In this document: positions 18,592 through 27,675 of the stretch, in pieces
Position numbering within the stretch: the first letter of the stretch is position 1
Layout: each line of letters opens with the position of its first letter
IMG/VR virus record: IMGVR_UViG_3300036829_000104
Location: 19,598-83,597 of that record
DNA from: a virus
Length of the DNA: 64,000 bases
Direction: 5' to 3' (one strand)
The notes under the pieces: generated by a model
The model's database searches: none
The model's input: the letters and a program-made list of their open reading frames with translations, nothing else
What the model was told of the DNA's origin: nothing
Position numbers and translations under genes: made by a program

Positions 18592-20853
18592 GTGGCCATA
18601 AAGGCGCCGGAGCGATGGGCACCGGAGCGGCCGTGCCAGATCCCCGGGCACCCGCACGACGACGGAGACGACGCGCGTGTGCTGGTCAGGGAGTCGCCGT
18701 GGCAGCGGATGCTGTCATGGCTCCAGGTCGCGCCCGCCGAGCGGCTGCCGCTGCCCGCATTCGTGACTGCGTGGCCCGTCACGGAGATCATGCACGCAGC
18801 CGGCGTCCCCGGCTACGTCCCGGGCTGCGCGACATGCGCCGCCGCCGTCGCGGCGTGGCTGACCTGGTACCGGCATGGGAAGCGATCAGAGCATCCCCGG
18901 CTCGCCGCCATGGAGGCCGCCGCCGTCGCTGCCGCTGCCGGCGGATGGATCACCGCCGCCGACATATGGGGACCGCTCGGCTGGCCCGTCCACATGCTCA
19001 GCCTCATCTACCTCGCCGGATCCGCCGGCGGGTACTGGTGGCTGCGGAGCCACGAGGCTGTCCGCGCCGCCCGCCAGCGCCGCGACGACGCCGCCGCCGC
19101 GATCGCCGACAGGCGCCGCTGGCATCAGGTCCTGCACCGGGCCGGGCTCGGCGGCTGGCACGTGCAGTGGCGCCGCGACACCAACCTCGGCGAGGAGCGG
19201 CTGATCACCACCAGCCCGGAGAACGCGTCCGCCAAGCAGATCGCCGCGAACAGCAGCAGGATCGCGGAGAAGCTGGAGCACATCCTCGGCCTGCCCTACA
19301 ACCGGGTCGACATCACCACGACCGGCCTTCCGGGCGAGCTGATCATCGGCATCCGCACCGTCGACGTGTCCTCGCGGAGCGCCGCCTACCATCCGTTCAC
19401 GCTGCCGTGGCCTGAGTCTAAGCCGTCACCGTTCGCGGACTGGTTCCCCCAGACCGCCAGTATCCGCGACCCGGCCGTCTGGGGATTCTCGCCCGAGGAC
19501 AGTTCCCCCCTGGCCGCCCAGCTGCTGTCCGACATCGGCGGCCGAGTCGTCGGCGTGTTCGGCATGACCGGCTCCGGCAAGTCGAACCTGCTCAACGACC
19601 TCCGCGAGTTCGTCACCCGCTGCCCTGACGCCCGCATGGTGCAGCTGAACGGCGCGCACATGGGTGACGAGCTGACCTGGCAGCCGCTGTCCGCGCTGAC
19701 GCGATGCGGCTCGGTCCAGACCAACGAGAACGTCCGCAACGACATCGCCGAGATCCTGGAGGCGCTGTGCCTGCTCGTAACCGAGCGGTCAGCCACCCTC
19801 GCGGAGACCGGGCATTCCACGTTCCAGCCCACCCCGGACAACCCGGCCGTCGTCATCTTCATCGACGAGGTCGACGAGATCGTCAAGTATGTTCCCGGCG
19901 CCGGGGAGAAGCTGGAGTTCCTCGCCAGCAAGCAGCGCAAGAGCGCGGTGTGCCTGATTCTCTCGACTCAGCGTGCCGTGATCAAGGCGATCGGCGGCGG
20001 TGCCGTGCGGGCGAACATGAGCGAGGCCATCGTCGGCGTGGTCGCGCGGGGCTCTGAATCCCGCCACGCCACCGGCGCTGAGAGCGAGATGCCGGACATC
20101 CGCGAGTACAGCGGCGGCGCCCCCGGGTATTTCCAGACATTTGACCCGCATTCAAACTCCATCACCGGCCGGGGCCGGACGTTCCTCCTCGGCGTGCCCC
20201 CCGAGGAACTGGCCTATATCAAGCGTCTCGTCGCGGCCCGCCGGGACCTGCGGGACTGGGGCATCCCCGACATGCCGGAGATGGACCTGGATGGCGGTGA
20301 GGCGGTTGGTGAAGCCGCCGCGGGCGAGACGACGCGGGAAGTTACGGGCCTGCGCGAACGGCTCGCCGCCGCCCGCGACAACGCCGCGGCACAGCCCGCG
20401 CCTGCAGCGCCTGCAGCGGCGAAGCCCGAGACTCCTGCGCCTGCTGCCGCGTCCCCGTTCGTTCTAGGCGTTCCCCCCGCTGCCGTGGCGCAGCTCATGC
20501 GGATGATGGGCGACGAAGGGCGGGTGTCTGCCGCGTCAGCCGGGCTCGCCCTCGGAGCGTCGAAGACCGTCGCCTTCGAGTACCTGGCCGCGATGCGCGA
20601 TCGTGGCCTGGTTGAGCTTGACCGGCGCGGCCGGGCATCCGGCTGGCACCTCGCGCGCCCCACCGCTCCGGAACCAGCCAGCAAGGATGCCCCCGCCGAG
20701 GCGGATGACAGCACGCCCGCGGACAGGCCGGACGGATACCAGACCCTGGCGGATCTCGCGAGCGCGGTACGCGACGGGCTCGTAGACGTTGACGACGAGA
20801 CGCGCGAGGTTCTCGCGCGGGCGTGGGCACTCGAACATGGTGACGAGCAATGA
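18592..20853 (+). CDS. traB: TraB-like FtsK/SpoIIIE conjugative dsDNA translocase
   Basis: N-terminal TM helices, Walker A GMTGSGKS, Walker B IFIDE, STQR motif, C-terminal winged helix (GASKTVAFEYLAAMRDRGLV...GW). Confidence 0.88.
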   Translation: MAIKAPERWAPERPCQIPGHPHDDGDDARVLVRESPWQRMLSWLQVAPAERLPLPAFVTAWPVTEIMHAAGVPGYVPGCATCAAAVAAWLTWYRHGKRSEHPRLAAMEAAAVAAAAGGWITAADIWGPLGWPVHMLSLIYLAGSAGGYWWLRSHEAVRAARQRRDDAAAAIADRRRWHQVLHRAGLGGWHVQWRRDTNLGEERLITTSPENASAKQIAANSSRIAEKLEHILGLPYNRVDITTTGLPGELIIGIRTVDVSSRSAAYHPFTLPWPESKPSPFADWFPQTASIRDPAVWGFSPEDSSPLAAQLLSDIGGRVVGVFGMTGSGKSNLLNDLREFVTRCPDARMVQLNGAHMGDELTWQPLSALTRCGSVQTNENVRNDIAEILEALCLLVTERSATLAETGHSTFQPTPDNPAVVIFIDEVDEIVKYVPGAGEKLEFLASKQRKSAVCLILSTQRAVIKAIGGGAVRANMSEAIVGVVARGSESRHATGAESEMPDIREYSGGAPGYFQTFDPHSNSITGRGRTFLLGVPPEELAYIKRLVAARRDLRDWGIPDMPEMDLDGGEAVGEAAAGETTREVTGLRERLAAARDNAAAQPAPAAPAAAKPETPAPAAASPFVLGVPPAAVAQLMRMMGDEGRVSAASAGLALGASKTVAFEYLAAMRDRGLVELDRRGRASGWHLARPTAPEPASKDAPAEADDSTPADRPDGYQTLADLASAVRDGLVDVDDETREVLARAWALEHGDEQ

Positions 20854-20878
20854 GGAGGGGACGCACGCGAGGCGTGTA

Positions 20879-20961
20879 TTCGTTCGCAGACCTTTGTATG
20901 GGCTGGTCAGAACGTTCCCGAACGGTTCGGCGCCGATTCCGCGAACGAACCCGCGAACGAA
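20879..20961. repeat. CGAAC-motif cluster downstream of traB; candidate clt
   Basis: GCGAACGAA twice (20941, 20953), inverted TTCGTTCGC (20879), further GTTC/CGAAC copies at 20909-20930. Confidence 0.5.
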
Positions 20962-20983
20962 ACGCACGTGACAGGAGGGACGC

Positions 20984-22915
20984 ATGATGAGCGGATACGA
21001 AGAGACGCTGTACTCGCGCGCCGAGATGCTGGACGAGACCAGCGACCTCGCCGCCGAGGCCACGGAAGTGCTCGACGGGGCGTCCGGGGCCGGGGTCGAC
21101 CCGGCAGCCGTCACCAGCCTGCGGGCCGCAGTCCAGGCACTCGACCCAGCCGAAGGCGCCCCCGCCTACGACGCAAACCGGCCCGGCATAGGCTACCGCT
21201 CCGACGTCGAGTTCCTCGGGGCGGTCACCGACGCCGAGGACCAGGTCCGCGAGCGGCTCCGCGACGCTGGCACGCTCCGGGGCGACGCCGGCGAGGCGAT
21301 GGACAAGGCCCAGGATGACCTGGGACGATCCCGCCGCGACCTGCAAAACGCCCAGATGGCCCTCGCCGCCGCCTGCGCACTGCCCACCAAGGACCCGTGC
21401 GAGGGCTGCCATTCCGCCAAGGCCGCCGCGATCATGCAGGCCGAACAGGAGGTCGCCGACGCCGAGCAGGCCATCGCGGACGCCAGCCGGCGCATCAGCA
21501 CCCTCGGCGGCGCCCTGGAGATCCTCGACGCGCTCATCCTCAGGCTCACCGCCGCCGCGCAGGCACTCCGCCAGGTGCCCGCCGACCTGGGCGAAACCTA
21601 CGAGCTGATTGCCAACCTCATCCGCGACGGCGGCCAGATGACCCACGACGGCCGGTTCGTCACCGGCGAAGGCGACATGCCAGTCGGTGGCCGCCGCCCA
21701 AAAGACCAGCGGCGGCTGCGGAACACCCGAAGCGATCACGATGACAGGAGCAGCATGAACGGCACGCCGCCGGCCAGCGGCACGCAACTGCCGGCCGGAC
21801 CGGAGGCTGCCGCCGGCGGTTCGTCACCGGAGCCCGCCCGCAGGCTACTCGCCGTCCCGCGGCTGACGACAGGTCAGCGGTGGCTCGCAGGCGGAGTGGT
21901 CGCCCTCGGCCTCACGCTCACCCCGATCGCCTTCGGTGTCATGTACGTGAACGTGACCGGGTTGCTGCGGCCCGACCTGCACGGCGGCGCGTGGGCGGTC
22001 CCGGTCGGCACCGAAGTGGGATTCACTGGGCTGTTCCTCGCCGAACTGCTGCTGGAGTGGATCGGTAAGCCGCTGCGCTGGCTGCCCGTCCTTGAGTACC
22101 TTCTCGCCGCCGCGTCCATCGTCCTCAACGCCATCCCCGGCTGGGGAACCATCGCCGGGGTACTCGGCCACGAAGCTCTGCCGATCGTGTTCTTCGGCTA
22201 CCTGATCGTCGGGAAGGCGACAGTCCGCCGGCTCGCGGTCAGCGACGAGGCGAAACGACACGAGGTCGCCCTCGCTGACGCGCAGGCCCACGCCCGCGAC
22301 ATGCTCCGCTCGGCGCTCGGCATCAGATGGCGGATGAAGGCCCCGCTGATGCTGCGTCGCCAGCTCCGCTCCGGACGCCTCCCGGCGCGCGTGCTCGAGG
22401 CCGTGGAGACCGGCTCGGCGACCGAATGGGAGGATGCCGTAGAGACGTGGATCGCCGCCGCCGTGACCCTCCCGGAGCGCACTCGCGAGGTACTCCGCGC
22501 GGCCCGCGCCGAAGCCTCCGCGCGCCCCCTCCCGGACCCCTCGGAGAGCCCCTCCGCAGGCACCCCCGAGACCCCCTCCGGTACCCCCTCGGAAGACGCC
22601 TCCGCGAGTACCTCTGACGCCCCCTCGGCGACCCCTCCGGCGGCACCCTCGCGGACCGCTCCGAAGGCACCTCCGAAGGCACCTCCGAAGCCCCGCCGGC
22701 TGATCCCCTCGAAGGCGTCCGACGACGACCTCGCGGAGCTCATCATCCCGCTGCTGGCCGACGGTGAAGTGTCGCCGACCAAGGCGGTGAAGGTGATCCG
22801 GGAAGCAGCCGGAGGCAAGGCAAGCATCGGCCACGACCGGGCTAAGACGGTCATCGCGCTCGCGCAGGAACAGGCCAATCGCGTCGTCCCGATAGGGGAG
22901 CGGCGGCAGGCGTGA
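20984..22915 (+). CDS. coiled-coil protein read in frame with a DUF2637 (SpdB2/SpdA-like) membrane protein, the latter probably starting at 21755
   Basis: Four TM segments, Pro/Ser linker, C-terminal HTH-like IGHDRAK; AGGAG RBS before ATG 21755. Confidence 0.75.
   Translation: MMSGYEETLYSRAEMLDETSDLAAEATEVLDGASGAGVDPAAVTSLRAAVQALDPAEGAPAYDANRPGIGYRSDVEFLGAVTDAEDQVRERLRDAGTLRGDAGEAMDKAQDDLGRSRRDLQNAQMALAAACALPTKDPCEGCHSAKAAAIMQAEQEVADAEQAIADASRRISTLGGALEILDALILRLTAAAQALRQVPADLGETYELIANLIRDGGQMTHDGRFVTGEGDMPVGGRRPKDQRRLRNTRSDHDDRSSMNGTPPASGTQLPAGPEAAAGGSSPEPARRLLAVPRLTTGQRWLAGGVVALGLTLTPIAFGVMYVNVTGLLRPDLHGGAWAVPVGTEVGFTGLFLAELLLEWIGKPLRWLPVLEYLLAAASIVLNAIPGWGTIAGVLGHEALPIVFFGYLIVGKATVRRLAVSDEAKRHEVALADAQAHARDMLRSALGIRWRMKAPLMLRRQLRSGRLPARVLEAVETGSATEWEDAVETWIAAAVTLPERTREVLRAARAEASARPLPDPSESPSAGTPETPSGTPSEDASASTSDAPSATPPAAPSRTAPKAPPKAPPKPRRLIPSKASDDDLAELIIPLLADGEVSPTKAVKVIREAAGGKASIGHDRAKTVIALAQEQANRVVPIGERRQA
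22513..22695 (+). repeat. degenerate 12-bp-period repeats (CCCCTC(C/G)G core)
   Basis: Recurring ...ACCCCCTCCGG / ACCCCCTCGGA..., ending in CTCCGAAGGCAC tandem copies. Confidence 0.7.
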
Positions 22916-22981
22916 CTGCCACAGGTAGGGCGGTAGGAACGAGTGAAGCGGCGCGGGTGCCGCAGGTGAGAGGATGAGGGG

Positions 22982-23317
22982 ATGGATAACCTGATCGCGT
23001 TCATCGCGGCGCGGCTGGACGAGGACGAGGCAATCGCGCGGAAAGCGGCCAGCCTGCAAGCCGACCCCGAGAACGGGTGGGGCATTGACGGGCGCGCGAT
23101 CACTCCGCACATCGGCGTCATCCACGAGGACGAATCCCGCATCCACATCGCCCGCCACAACCCGGCCCGCGTGCTCCGCGACGTCGAGGCCAAGCGGGCG
23201 ATCCTCAACGGCCGGTGGGGCGGCCCGGACCATGCAGACATGTGGGAGTCTTGCGTCCAGAACCTTGCCGCCGTCTGGAGCGACCACCCGGACTACCGCG
23301 CCGAATGGAAGCCGTAG
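22982..23317 (+). CDS. DUF6221-family protein
   Basis: LIAFIAARLDEDE...HIARHNPARVLRDVEAKRAIL...DHPDYRAEW. Confidence 0.8.
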   Translation: MDNLIAFIAARLDEDEAIARKAASLQADPENGWGIDGRAITPHIGVIHEDESRIHIARHNPARVLRDVEAKRAILNGRWGGPDHADMWESCVQNLAAVWSDHPDYRAEWKP

Positions 23318-23455
23318 CCGCAGCCAGTAGAGCCGGCAGAGACGAGTGAAGCGGGGGCCGCTGCGCCCCCGCTTTCGCTATCTGGTACCCGTCGCCCGGT
23401 CCCCTTATCTCGCGTTACGTTGGCACCACTCGCCCCCATCGGTGATGATGTGCCC

Positions 23456-24427
23456 ATGTCCCTCGGTGTCCCTTCCGCGTTTGATCCTGACAGCCAGCGC
23501 GAATGCGCCCGCGGCACCTGGTGTGCCGCCTCGACTCGCGATCCCGAGGGGGAGTGGCATCCGGCGCTGACGTATCAGCCGTTCTGCCCGGCCTGTACCG
23601 ACGCGATCGTGCGGGCAGCCGCCGACCTGCCCCGCGCCTACCGCATGCTCGCCGCCCGCGTCACCGACCCGGTAGCGTCCGGTTCCCGCTCCGGCATCCG
23701 GATGCCGCCCGGCTCCCGCGTCCTCATCGACGCCACCGCCGAGGCGCTCATGCAGACCGCGGCCGTCACCGCCGGGGGATGGGCGGCACGCGTCCGCGCC
23801 GTCCCGCAGCTGGCCCTCGCCCGCCACGGCTTCGCACATGCCACCCCCGAAGCCGTCGCCGCCGACTGCGGGGTGCTCGCCCGCTTCCCGGGCCCGCTGC
23901 TCGCCCTCCAGCACGGCTACATGACCCGCGAATGGACATGGGCACCGGGGAACCCGATGCCCGACGACCTCGCCGACGACCTCGCCGACCTGGAAATCAG
24001 CCGCATCGGCGACGGCTGGGTCAACGCGGTCACGTACCTGTCAGGCGAAGACGCAGGCCACGAGATCCTCGCACTGTCCCGCCGCATCATCCGGCATCTC
24101 GGCGAGACCCCGGCACCCCCGGCGATGCTGGACGGCATCCCGTGCCGCACCTGCGAGGAGATGGCGCTCGCAGTCGCCGAGCTGCCCGTCGCGGAACGCG
24201 GCGACGGCGACCCGGAACCTCCCTACTCACGCTGCCTGCGCTGCCGCGCCGAACTGTCCCGCGCCGACCACGACGCCTGGGTGCGCATGTACGAGTCCTG
24301 GGCGAAAGGCGCCGGCATCCTGGTCTGCAAGCGCTGCGAGAACGGCGACTGCGGAGACTGCCAATGGGACTCGTGCGAATGCCGCGCGCACGGGCACGAC
24401 ACGCGGCGACTCGCCGACGCGGCCTGA
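23456..24427 (+). CDS. Cys-rich (zinc-ribbon) phage protein
   Basis: Several CxxC pairs; precedes the HTH gene. Confidence 0.75.
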   Translation: MSLGVPSAFDPDSQRECARGTWCAASTRDPEGEWHPALTYQPFCPACTDAIVRAAADLPRAYRMLAARVTDPVASGSRSGIRMPPGSRVLIDATAEALMQTAAVTAGGWAARVRAVPQLALARHGFAHATPEAVAADCGVLARFPGPLLALQHGYMTREWTWAPGNPMPDDLADDLADLEISRIGDGWVNAVTYLSGEDAGHEILALSRRIIRHLGETPAPPAMLDGIPCRTCEEMALAVAELPVAERGDGDPEPPYSRCLRCRAELSRADHDAWVRMYESWAKGAGILVCKRCENGDCGDCQWDSCECRAHGHDTRRLADAA

Positions 24428-24533
24428 GTGGCAGCACCCCATAAAGGGGTATAACATGTGGCTCGGTAGGAACAGTTGTCTTCACACGCCCCCGAGCCTC
24501 GCGGCCGGGGGCGTTTCGTGCTTTACGGGGGCG

Positions 24534-24809
24534 GTGGTCGCACTGCCGCGCCCGGACGGTTTCCTCACCACCCGCGAATCGGCGGCCCTCGTCGGCGTCA
24601 AGCCCCCAACCATCCGCGCATGGCGCGCATCCGGGCTGCTTGCCGTACAGGGCCTCGACGAGCGCGGGTTCCCGCTCCACACCGCCGAGGCCGTCCGCGC
24701 CGCTGAGCGCAAGGCTCGCGAGAGCGGGCGCGCCAGAGGCGGCTACGACCCGCGAAGGCTCCGCGGACACGAGGAATGGGAGCGCGGGAGACCCGCTCAG
24801 GCAGCCTGA
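24534..24809 (+). CDS. MerR-like HTH protein, possible late-gene regulator
   Basis: LTTRESAALVGVKPPTIRAWRASGLL. Confidence 0.75.
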   Translation: MVALPRPDGFLTTRESAALVGVKPPTIRAWRASGLLAVQGLDERGFPLHTAEAVRAAERKARESGRARGGYDPRRLRGHEEWERGRPAQAA

Positions 24810-25046
24810 AAACACGGGTGATCCGGTACAATACAAGTGAGCGAATTTACCGCTCTCACCTGCTACTTCTCCCCGGATCGGGTTGTCTCGTGCTGCATGC
24901 TCTCGCCATCGCCGCTGTCTTGCTCGCCGGTCCCGGCTGGCTCGGCCTCGTCGTCGCCATCCGCAACTGCGCGGCCCGCGATGCTGAGCAGGCCAGCCCG
25001 GAGCGAGATACGGCACGCGACATGAGGCTCGCAGCCTGACCGGGAG

Positions 25047-25388
25047 GTGCCCGTGACCGCCGCGCCCGCGCGCAAGCATCCCCGCACCGTCCTCGCCGTC
25101 ACTGGCACAGCCTGGACCCTCCTTTGGGTGACGCTCGGCAGTCTCTCCGACTGGGGCGCCTACTGGATCGCCTGGATCGCCTGCGGTTTTTTGGTCCCCG
25201 AGCTTTACGGGCTCGCCACGAACACGGCCCGCACCCTGTCCCGCAACACCTGGGCGCTGGAACACCTCGACTTCGGGCACCCGCTCGACTTTGCCGAATG
25301 GAACTGGATCCACTGGGCAGTCGCGATCATCGTCTGGGGACTCGCCGTGTGGCTCAGCGGACACCTGCCGTTCGGCGTCTGGCGATAG
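25047..25388 (+). CDS. membrane protein
   Basis: Trp-rich TM segments; GGGAGG RBS. Confidence 0.7.
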   Translation: MPVTAAPARKHPRTVLAVTGTAWTLLWVTLGSLSDWGAYWIAWIACGFLVPELYGLATNTARTLSRNTWALEHLDFGHPLDFAEWNWIHWAVAIIVWGLAVWLSGHLPFGVWR

Positions 25389-25398
25389 GAACAGGACC

Positions 25399-25572
25399 GT
25401 GAACGGCCTGTGCGAGTACGACGTGGCCGACACCGGCAGGCTCACCAGCGACGAACGCAAGGCACTGCTGAACGACATGGCCGCCGACGGCTGGCAACTG
25501 GACCACGTCGACGGCGTCCGCTACATCCTCAAGCGGCCGAGGCATGATCCCCGCGATCCGCGGGAACCCTAG
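25399..25572 (+). CDS. small DUF4177-like protein
   Basis: LLNDMAADGWQL...YILKRP. Confidence 0.5.
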   Translation: MNGLCEYDVADTGRLTSDERKALLNDMAADGWQLDHVDGVRYILKRPRHDPRDPREP

Positions 25573-25838
25573 TTGTCTCCGCCCTTCCGGCGCGGCTTCG
25601 GCCGGCCTGCCGCACCCTGACCGGGCAGGATCGCCTTCCACTCACGCCATTCCTGCTCCCGCTCAGGGAGCCAGCCCCGGTCGGGGATGCCGTTGCGGCC
25701 GGGCGCAAGCTCAATGTCGGGCTGCGGCCAGTTGTCGTAGCGCGCGAGCCATTTGGTGACGGTCTGAGGCTTGACGTCGAACAATGCCGCTATCCCGGCG
25801 ACGCCGAGGTGCCGAACCGGTTTCCGGTTGGTGCTCAT
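25569..25838 (-). CDS. HTH DNA-binding protein; candidate regulator of the TGTC-N10-GACA regulon
   Basis: GVAGIAALFDVKPQTVTKWLARY...PQPD; operator copy directly upstream. Confidence 0.75.
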   Translation of the reverse strand: MSTNRKPVRHLGVAGIAALFDVKPQTVTKWLARYDNWPQPDIELAPGRNGIPDRGWLPEREQEWREWKAILPGQGAAGRPKPRRKGGDN

Positions 25839-25927
25839 AATCCCTTCCCCGATGCTCCCGATCTGTCCGCTTACACGGACGAATCTATCACCCGCCCCCG
25901 GCCGCATCGGGGTTTATCGTTCCCTCT

Positions 25928-27595
25928 TCAGAACAGGGTTGGGGCCGGTTCTTCCGCCTCCACCGCCGGCGCGGCTGGTGCCGGGACCCCGACGGGCGCC
26001 ACGCTGACAGGGATAACGGCCATCACGGTCCGGACGCTGGCCCCGGATGCCTTGAACGAGTCGTCGGGCAGCCGCTCGATCCAGCCACCATGGTCGGCGA
26101 CCAGCTTGCGGAACTCCTCGGCGGTCTTGTCCTGCCGGAACTCAACGCCGCCCGACATGATCGCGACGACCATTCCTCCGGGCTTGACGAAGCCGAGCGC
26201 GTGGGTGACGTGCCGGATGTCGGCCTGCCTGCCGAACGGCGGGTTCATCAGGACCCGGTCGTACGCCAGTAGCGGGGTCGGCTGAACCTCGAGGAAGTCC
26301 GCGCACCGCACGTCACCGACCTCCGGGGACCAGGTAGCGCGCAGTCGGCCGGCCAGTTGCCCGTTCAGTTCGATGCAGTCAACCGAGGCGACCAGCGGCG
26401 CCACCTTCGAGGCGATCGCGCCCAGGCCGGCTGACGGTTCAAGCACCGTCATATCGGCCTCAAGTTCGGCAGCGTCGATCATCCGCTCAGTCACGGCGGC
26501 CGGGGTCGGGAAATACTCGGTTGACCCGTCCACGACCACCGCCGCCTCACGCTCAGGCGGCCGCTCGACCGTGACCGGCGCGGGCTTCGGCCGGGCCTCC
26601 CGCTTCGGTGCCGTGACGGTGGTCGTGGTGCCCTGGTGCGGGCACTCGACTGACTTGATCGTCTCGTATGGCAGTTTGTCAGTCCACGTGTACTGGGTTT
26701 CGACGCTTACGGTCTTGGCGTTGACCCGGACCACCTTCGCGGGCTTGTCGTACCAGTGCGTTGATGTCACCGTGTCGCCGACGTGAACGTTTTCGCGGGA
26801 CAGCCGCACGTACCCGTTGGCCTCATGCTCAGCCAAGGCGGCCTTGTCGGCGGCCAGCTGGTGCTCCAGGAACGTCTTTCGCGCCTGCTGCGACTCCAGC
26901 CACGCACCCTCAGCGGGTTTCGCCTCGGGGGCGTAGTAGGCGCCGCGCCAGTCGTTCGCCGGCCGGGTGCCGTTGATCCGGTGGTTCACCTGGCGTAGGT
27001 CCGCTTCGGTCTTCGCGATCCTGCGGATGATCACTGCCGGGCGCTCCCGGTAGGCGTCGGCGTCGCCGACCACGGCGGCGGCTGCGGCGGCACGCTCAGC
27101 CTTGCCGTACGCGACGTGCGCCGCCCGGTCGTTCTGCTCGATCCGCTTCTGATCGGCGCGGGCACCGCGCTCGGAGTGATGGCCTACCAGGATCGGCTGC
27201 CCGCCCGCGAATCGCTCGGCGATCTGATTGGCGCGTGCCATGCGCGCCCCGGCCTCCGCCGTGTTCCTGGCCGCTTTAGCAGTCAGCCGGTCGTAGCGGG
27301 CGTCTAGGCGGTCCGCCCGGTCAGCCTTGACCTCGCCCACATTGCGGGGCGTGTCGTCAATCTCGACTGTGACCTCGTGTCCGGCCGCCTCCAGCGCCTT
27401 GCGTGCCTGGTCGATCTGCCACCGCTTGGCGAGATGGTCACGGGACTGCGGGATGCCGATCATCTTGATCGACGGGAAGTAGCGGAACCGGGCGGCGGTC
27501 CGCGGGCCGATGAGTTCGTACACCCCGTCGCCCTTGCTGGTGCCGTAGACGAGCGTTCCGTCCTCGTGCGTGTGCTTGATGGTGATCTCTGCCAC
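25928..27595 (-). CDS. DUF3560 domain fused to an N6-adenine DNA methyltransferase
   Basis: GQPILVGHHSE (DUF3560); YFPTP, VLEPSAGLG and MNPPF methyltransferase motifs. Confidence 0.88.
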   Translation of the reverse strand: MAEITIKHTHEDGTLVYGTSKGDGVYELIGPRTAARFRYFPSIKMIGIPQSRDHLAKRWQIDQARKALEAAGHEVTVEIDDTPRNVGEVKADRADRLDARYDRLTAKAARNTAEAGARMARANQIAERFAGGQPILVGHHSERGARADQKRIEQNDRAAHVAYGKAERAAAAAAVVGDADAYRERPAVIIRRIAKTEADLRQVNHRINGTRPANDWRGAYYAPEAKPAEGAWLESQQARKTFLEHQLAADKAALAEHEANGYVRLSRENVHVGDTVTSTHWYDKPAKVVRVNAKTVSVETQYTWTDKLPYETIKSVECPHQGTTTTVTAPKREARPKPAPVTVERPPEREAAVVVDGSTEYFPTPAAVTERMIDAAELEADMTVLEPSAGLGAIASKVAPLVASVDCIELNGQLAGRLRATWSPEVGDVRCADFLEVQPTPLLAYDRVLMNPPFGRQADIRHVTHALGFVKPGGMVVAIMSGGVEFRQDKTAEEFRKLVADHGGWIERLPDDSFKASGASVRTVMAVIPVSVAPVGVPAPAAPAVEAEEPAPTLF

Positions 27596-27675
27596 CGTTA
27601 CAGCTCCTCTCGTAACCGGCCGGATGGCCGCGGCACGCGGCGCAGCGGGAGGCGCCGGGCACCGCGGCCAGCCGG

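Noticed and set aside
18592-20853. Type VII secretion ATPase or chromosomal FtsK
   Set aside because: Single ATPase domain with a winged helix, no WXG100/Ecc genes, and GntR/Nudix/DUF2637 neighbours fit TraB better
16922-21676. Diversity-generating retroelement template/variable repeats
   Set aside because: Repeats are short, mismatches are not adenine-specific in one direction, and no reverse transcriptase is present
11432-22915. Independent AICE inserted into a prophage
   Set aside because: No tyrosine integrase, Rep initiator or terminal att repeats seen around the module; a domesticated remnant cannot be excluded
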